A stretch of DNA of 64,000 nucleotides from the human T2T-CHM13v2.0 reference genome, Homo sapiens: assembly GCF_009914755.1 (NCBI RefSeq), contig NC_060925.1. The stretch is one strand, 5' to 3'. The notes below the pieces were generated by a model. That model saw only the letters and a program-made list of their open reading frames with translations. It had not been told where the DNA came from and ran no database searches. The position numbers and the translations under genes are program-made. Shown piece after piece: positions 55,818-64,000 of this stretch; position 1 is the stretch's first letter; each line of letters starts with the position of its first letter.

Positions 55818-56513
55818 TGTCTTAGTCTATTTGTGTTGCAGGACTTTTCCTTAGTTCAGCTAAAGACAGGGTTCTTTGTCCCACAGCCATGAAAATTCAG
55901 GTTGGCAGACAATTTCGATGGTGAGTAAGACAGGGTTTTATTGGGTGAAGTGGAAGTAAAGGGGGCACAGGGACTCTCACAAGGCCAGAGTCCCTGCTAG
56001 AGCACTTCCCACCTGGCCATTTGAATCCCGGGTCCCACACAGGAAGAGGAGGGGCCAGGCTCTTCCCCGCTGCAAATGTCGGGAACTTCCCCAGGCTCCT
56101 CCTCAAATGGGCAGGCTGGATAGAGTTTCTCCACGGACCTCCTCTCACCTGGCTGTCTCATTTGGGCTGCTATAACAAAACATCTTACAATGGATAATTT
56201 ACAAACAACAGAAATGTAGGGCTCACATTTCTGGAGTCTGGAAAGTCCAAGGTCAAAGCACTAGTAGATTTGATGTTTGGTGAGGATTTGCTGTCTGTCT
56301 CATAGTTGTCACCTTCTTACTGTGTCCTCACATGGTAGAAGGGGTGACCAAGCTCCCTCAGGCCTCTCTTATAAAGGCACTAATACCAGTCAGAAGGGTG
56401 GACCCCTCATGATCTACTCACCTCCCAAAGTTCCCACCTCTTAATAATACAACATTAGGGATTAGGTTTACATTTACTAATTTTGAAGGAACATACACAT
56501 TCAGACCATTGCT
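55818..56513 (-). mobile_element. MLT1A/MST-like MaLR solo LTR nested in MLT1C
   Basis: tgtcttagtctatttg|...|tttgggctgctataacaaaa...cattcagaccattgc. Confidence 0.82.
55834..56160 (-). mobile_element. ERV1 solo LTR (MER61-like) nested in the MLT1A/MST LTR
   Basis: TG...CA termini (tgttgcagga...ggctgtctca), 4-bp TSD tttg at 55830-33 and 56161-64, minus-strand AATAAA (tttatt). Confidence 0.8.
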
Positions 56514-58029
56514 TTACCTTAAATGGTTAAAGGGACTTTACAAATGTAATTCAGTTAAGGATCTTAAGGGGAGATTATTGTGGATTATCCAGGTGGTTAT
56601 ATATATAAATGTTTGCTATTACTATTGCTATCATTCTTATTATTCATCTGGCTAATTCTTACACATACCTCAAAATTCAACATGAATATCCTCCCCCCTG
56701 GAGCTCCTTCCTCTACCTCTCAGACCAGGTTAGGTACCATTTCCAGGATTCCCCAGTGTAATCACAAGAATCCTTTTAAAAGGGAGGTGGGAGGATTCAG
56801 AGTCAGTAGTAGGAGAAGCAACAATGGAACCAGAAGACTGTAGTAATGCGAAGAAGGACCCATAAGCAAAGGAATGCATTCGGCCTCTAGAAGCTGAAAA
56901 AGGTAAGAAAATTGACTTTTTTTCCTGAAACCTCCAGAAGGAACACAGCCCATCTAACACCTTGACTTTAAACCTCTGACCTTCAGAACTATAAGAAAAT
57001 AAGTTTACATTGTTTAAGCCACTACATTTGTGGTAAGTTTTTATAGGAGTAATAGAAAACTAATACATCAGCCAAGCATAAAGCAGGAGTTAGAAAAAGG
57101 ATAGTTGTGTGGAGAAGCCAATGTTCAGTCCAGACCCTCCCTGGCTCCTGGCATCGGTGAGAATAGGAACAGAGTTAATGGTGGCCACTGTATCTACCCT
57201 CTTAGCACACGCTGACCACTCTGGGCCCTCAGGAAGCAAGCTACCACCACCATATTAACATCATCATTCCTGGATCTCATGGACTTGGTGGATGGTGGAG
57301 GGGGAGAAAAATCAGTGGGTCCAAAGATATCAGTGAACTGTCATGCTGGGCTCCAGAAGAGACAATATGGAATGTAAATTAGGTTAATAGAACAGTGGCC
57401 TGGGAGATCTAGGTTCCTGACCCAGTTCCTGGGTTCAGTTTTGCATATGATTCTGAACAAATTATATACTCCATACTTGCTCCTTCTCTTATGTTCCACA
57501 TCTCAATTAATTGTGGGAAACCCAGGAGTATTCCTAAACTCCCTCCCCTCCCCTCAACCATCTAATCAATTACCAAACCCTAACAATTTTAATTCTCCTG
57601 AAAATTTCTCAAATTCATCCCCTCCTCCCCTCTTTATTGCCACTATCCTGATTTAAGTCTTATCACCTCATTCACAGGCTATTAACTGAATCCCTTCTAT
57701 GTACAAGGATTCAGACACTATCCTTATACGAGACCTTTCCTCCTCACCTTCTGCAACTCCACCCACCCCCTCCGTCAGGACAATCTATCTAAAACACTCA
57801 TCTGGCCAAATCATTGGCCCACCTAAATCCCATCAGTGAATTCCTGTTACCCAGGTGATACAGTCCAGACTCCTGAGCATGACTTACAAGACCCTGTATC
57901 ATCTAGGCTCTGGCGGCTTAACCAGCCTCATCCCCTTCCTCTTCCTGCCTCACAGTTTGTGGTCCAGCTCTGCAAAATTACTACCTGTTCCCCGAATACA
58001 ACACAGTGCTTGTCACAGGCCTACTCCTA

Positions 58030-58470
58030 TTAACTCTCTTCTTCCTTACTAACAGAATCCTGATTTTTTTAGGGCAACAAAATGTCTAGCTACAAAACAT
58101 CTTTCACATCACACAGCTCTGGCCAATGAGAAGTAAGAAGTCCCTTGTGAGTCTTCTAGGAAAGCTCCCTAAATGGGAGCAAACTCAACTGGCACACTGT
58201 TTTCCCTTTGCCATTGCCTTCTTTTCCCTCTCCCTTCTTCCCATTTGGAATGCTGGTGTGATATCTAAAGCTGCATGTGCCATATTGCAACTATGAAGGA
58301 ACAGACAAAAACCATGAATGGCAGACTAGAAACACCTGGAAAGCCTATGCCCTCAATGGTATCCCTAGGCTGCAATAGCCCCTGGATTATCTCCTCTGAA
58401 CATCTTATTATTTGAGAAAAATACACTTCTTACTGAAGAGCTTCCCAACAAATGAACACATTCTTTATTA
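58030..58470. mobile_element. Old MaLR LTR (MLT1J/K-like) within L2 sequence
   Basis: ctggccaatgagaagtaag..gccatattgcaactatga..ctgaacatctt..gagaaaaatacac. Confidence 0.55.
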
Positions 58471-60139
58471 ATGTGCTTAATTTATTTCTTCAACCCTCTG
58501 ATCAGACAGGTGGGGCCCTGTGCTGTTAGAGTCCCCAAGCCATTCATCTCTGGCCCCAAACAGCCCATCCCTCTACCCTGCTGGGCCATACAAACATTTT
58601 CGTGTGTGTACTGCTGTGTAACAAAATGTTACACAACTCTCTCTCTCTGGTTCAAAGTCTGATTATTGCTCTATCCCACTTGACCATTGCCTATGCACTG
58701 AGATTTCCAACGTTCCTCCACGTGTCTCCACTGCCAGAAGCTCCATAACCACCTGCCTCCAGATTTTCATCAAATTATTGCTGCCTGCATTAGTCTGCCA
58801 TGCATCTAAGACTCCTCTTGGGCCACCCATCCAGTAGCACTGATCTATCTTTGACCCCCAGTGCTCCTTGGAGCCTCAGTTCCTGCCATCATACTGACTA
58901 CAATATCTCAACATCTTTGCCCACCTCCACATCTCTAGAGCTCCTGTCTCTCTCCCCAACTCTCCAACCCGCCCTCTTGCTCTCTCACTCTTGCTTGTCA
59001 TCAAAGATCCACCTTTCCTTTCTTTTATCCCATTTTGATAAGGAAGGAACAGTTCTACCACAGAGTTGCTTGGATCCCTAATGACTCAGTAAAATATATA
59101 TTTGCTGGCAGGGCCCGGTCAGAGAAGGCTAAAAAGAGCTTTACACTATGCCTACAAATAGTGCTCTTTAGCCCTGAACCCATTTGCTACTGTGGTCCTC
59201 AGTGCTAGACTTTCTCCTCACCTAATTTTTTTTTCCCAGGAGTCCCCATTATCCTTATTATAATCTGGATTCCCATGCAATGCCCCTGTCCCCATGACCT
59301 CAATACCCATCAAATAGGCTTATATATGCCTCATCCTCCAATATGAACCATCCACGTTCTTACTCACGGGGTCTATGCCAACCCAGGGATGTAGCTAGAC
59401 ATGAGAGGGCATGAAATGTACATAGAGTCCTGAGCTTCCTGCTACTGAATGAATAATTAAATTCTCCAAGTCTCAGTTTCCCCAACAGTAAATGTAATAG
59501 CAGGACTACCTGGTCTCAGTTTCATCAGCCTGACACCAGGAGGAACCCCAGGGACAAGCTTGAGGCCCCAGAGTACTTTAGAACCAGTATAGAAGCCAGG
59601 ATAGAAGGAGAAATGAGGGGGAGAGGAAGTTTTCAATCAGGTGCTGGGCTTTCACTGCCAAAAAATTTCCCACAAACAAACCCACCCCAGCAAAGGAAGC
59701 TACTGTTGGCTGGCATGCTGCAGAAAAGAAGGCGGGCATGAGGCCTCATTAATCCGGCGGCTGTGGGATCAGTTGCAGATACCCCCCAGCCCACCCACTT
59801 TTTGCCATCTGCTGCTGCTGCCGCTGAGCCAAACGTATGCAGCTCTGGTGGGAGCCCAGCCGGAAGCCAGAAGAGGGGCCCAGACCCTTGTGTATGGGGC
59901 AACCCCAGCAGCAGGGACCTTTGAGCCCAGGCTCCTGACGCAGCTGTGTCTCCCAACCCCACCCCCATCCCCCATGCAATGCTGCAACACTCCACAAGTT
60001 GGAAGCCGCTGAGGGAGAAGTCCCAGGGCCCTGAACAAATATTAGACAAATAACTGACTAAACTGCATTGATTGAGAATTCACTGTGTGCCAGACACATA
60101 CCTTATATCCCATAAATACTATCCCAAACCACACAAAGA

Positions 60140-61910
60140 TTTCAAAACTACATCTGTCATAATTCTTGATGATTTCAATATGCACAAAGACAATCTTTCC
60201 AACACCTCGGCTCCTCAACCTACACTCCTCCTTCCACCGCAGTTACTCCCTTCCTGCTCCTCCCGTAGGGCTTAATAGCTTAATTTCAATGGCAAGCATC
60301 CTCTTGTCAATACCTACTTCCTATCTCACTCCCTTTACTATCCTGACTCAAAATAACCCTTCAACCCTCCTGGGACCTTCAACTCACTTTTACTGTCCCT
60401 CACCACCACCATGTCCTCACTTCCCTTTCTACCCTGTTTAAATTCCATATAAAACATATCATCCTTCCCTTGTGTACACTTTCATTTTCCTCACCCCTCC
60501 CTCAGTTCATTGTATTCTTTTGTTTCAACCAAAGCTCTCCATCTACTGTGTACCTGCACCCTCACGGCTGAACATGCACTGCAAGAGAAAAACACATATT
60601 CATGCTGACCAGACTCCCTTTACGTTAGTGACCAGCAGCCTTGCGTGGGCCCTAAAACTGCCTGAAGCTCACACTGTATTTCTCTAGTTCAATCACTCTC
60701 CCTCTCCCCTAGATGGTATTTTCCTACTTTCTCCTCTTTCTTCGAACCTCTAACACCTCCCTCATCTCCCTCATCTTCATTCTCAACTGAAGACCCAGCT
60801 TCCTATTTCACTGGAAATTGAAGTAATGAGAAGAGAACTCCCACTAGCCCCCTGCTCCCCCTTCTCTCCTGTTACCATGGATGAGCTGTCCATTGCTCTT
60901 CTACCTGTGTGTTAAATCCCACCCCTCACCAACTCAAGAACATAGATCCAGCAGTTCTCCTCTCTTATCCTGCATCGTTAGATTATTCCCTCTCTACTGA
61001 GTCATTCCCATAAGCATACAAACATACTTTTACTTCTCCCATCTTAAAAAAAAAACTCGCTCTTTACCGTAACTCCTATTATTACCCCATTTCTCATTTT
61101 CCCTCAGCAAGAAAACTTCTTAAAGTATAGTGATATTCACTGCCCAATTTCTCTTTTCCCATTCTCCCTTGAACTTTAGTAAGATCTGCTTCCCCACTAC
61201 TCTTCCCAAACTGCTCTTGTCAAAGTCACCAGTGATCTCCCCATTGCCAAATCCAAATGGCAAGTCTCAGTCCTCGTGGTACTCAATCTTGCAACTGTAT
61301 TTGTCTCAGCCAATCACCTTCTCCTCCTTGAAAAGTCTTCTTTACTTGCCTTCCGGGACTCCCCATTTGGCATATTTTCTTCCTACCTTTCTGGCCATCC
61401 CACAGTCACCTCCTCTGTTTGACCTCTAACTGTTGGAGACTGAGTTCTAGGAATTCTTCTCTAACTACAGTCACTCCCCATGGTCACTCATCTAATGTCG
61501 TGGCTTTCAATACAATTAATGTTCTAATGACTTCTAAATATATTTCTAGCACAGACCTATCTCCTGAACTCTGGAGACATATGTTCTACTGTCTAGTATA
61601 CATTTCCACCTGGCTACCTAAAGGACATCTCAAACTTGCCCCCCACCCCCACAAAAAAAACCCACCCAATTTCTTTTTGCCCTTTCCAGCCAACCTGCTC
61701 TCTCCATCTCAACAAATGGAAGCATTATCTTCTCAGTCACTCAGGCCAAATCTCTTAGAGTCACACTTACTTCCATTTTTTCCTACTATTCTCTAAAAAG
61801 TCTCCCCATTGTGTACAGATTTGTATCTATTTTGCTTACTATTATAACTTCAGCTCCTAAAAGAGTGCCTAGCCCTTAGTAGGTACTCAATAAATATTTG
61901 CCAAATAAAG
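60140..61910 (+). mobile_element. Long L2 LINE remnant
   Basis: aattcttgatgatttcaata..aaactgctcttgtcaaagtcaccagtga..catctcaaactt..agtaggtactcaataaatatttg (L2 3' end). Confidence 0.8.
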
Positions 61911-63657
61911 GTATAACTAAATTAATCAGCTGTTCATTGAATAAATAAAATAATTATTACAGATTGTGATAAGGGATAAGAAAAATGTGCTATGGAATAA
62001 GATAACTGAGAGGTTCTACTTAGAAAACAACAGAGGGGTTCTCTTTTCCCTGAGGAAATGACTTTGAAATGAGACGGAATGAGACATTGTGGAAAGAGCC
62101 AGGAAAAGAACATTGATGTAAAGGCCCAGAGGTAGGTATGAGCTTAATGGGTTCTAGGAAACAACAGATGGCCAGCGTGGCAAAAGAACCGAGAGAGAAG
62201 GGAGAAAGGTACTGGGAGACATCGGGGAGCTGGAGAAGTAAGCAGGAGCGAAGTCATGAAGAGTCTTGAATGCCAAGTGTGGTCATTTTTGCATTCAGCA
62301 CAGAGATGAGGCCCAGAAAGCCTCAGGAGAGGGAGAGGGTGGGGTGAAATTTAAAGGCCAAGGGAGGGCCACCAGAGACTCCTCCAGATTCCAAGGTCTG
62401 CACCTCCTGCTATATAGAAAGCCAAGGACTAGAGTGGCTCACTCTCTTGGTCCACCCCAGGGTTTTATTGTGGGTTTGACAAAACTAACCAACTAAAACT
62501 CCAACTAAAAGCGGAGTGGATTGGTTATTCAAACTTAGCTATAAATCTAGTAACTGCTTGTATTTACCTCATGTCACATAGTTTAACTGTCTCTATGGGT
62601 GCCCCAGAGGACAGACACTATCTGTGGTTGAAATATGTCTCTCTCTGCAAACCATAATTCTAGGCCCTCCTAAGCTCAGGCCTTGCAAGAATCTCTACTG
62701 CCCAACAAGTCCCTACAAGATGGCATTTAAAAGCAGTCCCTCACGCACTGCAAACCTTGAGTGATAATATGGAACTTATAGCAATGGGCATTCTATCCCC
62801 ATCCTCTGACTTTAGGACAGGGACTAGAATCTAGCACAGAGCACTCAGTGGGTACTTAAAAATGTCTGTTCAATTGAATAATAGGAAGGAATAAATTCAA
62901 CATCAGTGAGAGCTGCATGGGTAACAATGAGTGAATGAATGAAACCCTTTAGCCTCTCTCACTTGCCTGTCTTCTTATAGAAGGTTCAAACCTCTTCCAT
63001 CTTAAAAACAAACAAAAGACCACCTTGCTGGATCTCCAGCTCTTCCTTCTAGACTTCTCCTGGAAAACTTCTCTCTCAAATTCCTTTATAGACAGTTTCT
63101 TGGGTGTCTATACTTACCTTTTGTGGGAAATTTTACCCAATCCCATGACTATAAGTACAGTTTGTATTCTGATGCACAAATCTGTATCTTCAGCCTCAAC
63201 CTTTGAACCTATGTTTCTGGTATCCATTAGACCTCTTCAACTGGATGTCAACAGGTACTTTTGGACATGTCAACTTGACATGTCCAAAACAGAACTTAGT
63301 ATCTTCCCCCTGAAATCTGCCTCCTGAGGTGTTCTCATGTCAGGGACTGTCACCTTCAATTATCCCCATTTTATCTGGGTTTTGCCCTTGACTCCCCATT
63401 CTCCTTTATCATACACATCCCACCAAATAGTAAGAATTTCTAGATTCTAAATCTCGTCTCTGAAATGTCAGTTGTCCTTGGATTCTTTCTGTAGGGGGCG
63501 TTGTCACCAAGGGTGGCCCCAAACTGTGTGAAGGATAGAGAGATCAGCCAGAAGCTCCTGGGAGCCTGAAGGGAAGGAGAGTCCAGTGGCCCAGCAGCGC
63601 TTGGTCCTTACTGTGAGCCTTCTCAGAAATTCTCTCTACAGCAGTGACTCATGGTGG

Positions 63658-64000
63658 TGAGACATGTCCCAAAGAGTTAAATAAACCAAAGACTAACAGA
63701 AATTCTTAGTTTTCAGGATGGCAGATAAGAAAAGAAACAACCTGTCAAAAAATACTGAAACTCCCTCCTCTTATGAGATGAAAGAACAGACTGAAATCAG
63801 TTGGAAACAAGATGCCCAACTGGAGCTTGCGCAGAGCGACCTTGCTGACATCACAGCCACCACATTTCATACCAACTCCTCCCGAATTTGCACATGCAAC
63901 CCATGAGTTAGCATGAAGACATAATTGTGCATGCCCAAGGAATTTCCCGACCTCCCTTTTCCTTCCACCGATCACCTACTTGCTAATCTCAGAATCCACC
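63658..64000 (+). mobile_element. ERV LTR (subfamily not assigned), running off the window end
   Basis: TG start followed by LTR U3-like text (ggatggcagataagaaaag..tgcatgcccaag..ccccttttccttccacc..tcagaatccacc). Confidence 0.55.

Larger units (their letters stand above)
55748..57068 (+). mobile_element. MLT1C-like MaLR solo LTR (outer element of a triple nest)
   Basis: tgtggtaggctgaataatggcccc start; resumes at ~56514 (ttaccttaaatgg..); ends gtaatagaaaactaataca. Confidence 0.82.

Overview
Primate genomic DNA (Alu/L1PA content; most likely human) holding the 3' half of the neuronal RNA-binding protein gene ELAVL4 (HuD) on the + strand. Bases 1-22056 are the remainder of intron 2. They are followed by coding exons 3-7 (22057-22160, 38743-38896, 40535-40760, the 39-nt cassette exon 6 at 42403-42441, and a last exon with two acceptors at 45783/45825 and TGA at 46150-46152). 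These exons encode the end of RRM1, RRM2, the hinge and RRM3. A ~2.6-kb AU-rich 3'UTR with tandem poly(A) signals ends near 48745, and the last ~15 kb is TE-rich downstream DNA. Intron 2 carries an antisense, internally deleted HERV-L provirus with two MLT2A LTRs. I see no new multi-gene system. The most interesting leads are post-transcriptional: a candidate NMD 'poison' exon just after exon 6, a bulged-U1 donor on exon 4, a coding segment that doubles as a 3' splice site, cryptic-exon candidates, and a G4 and a PAS hairpin. There are also three small local duplications or templated insertions. Repeat subfamily names are from recalled consensus sequences, and old-repeat boundaries are approximate.
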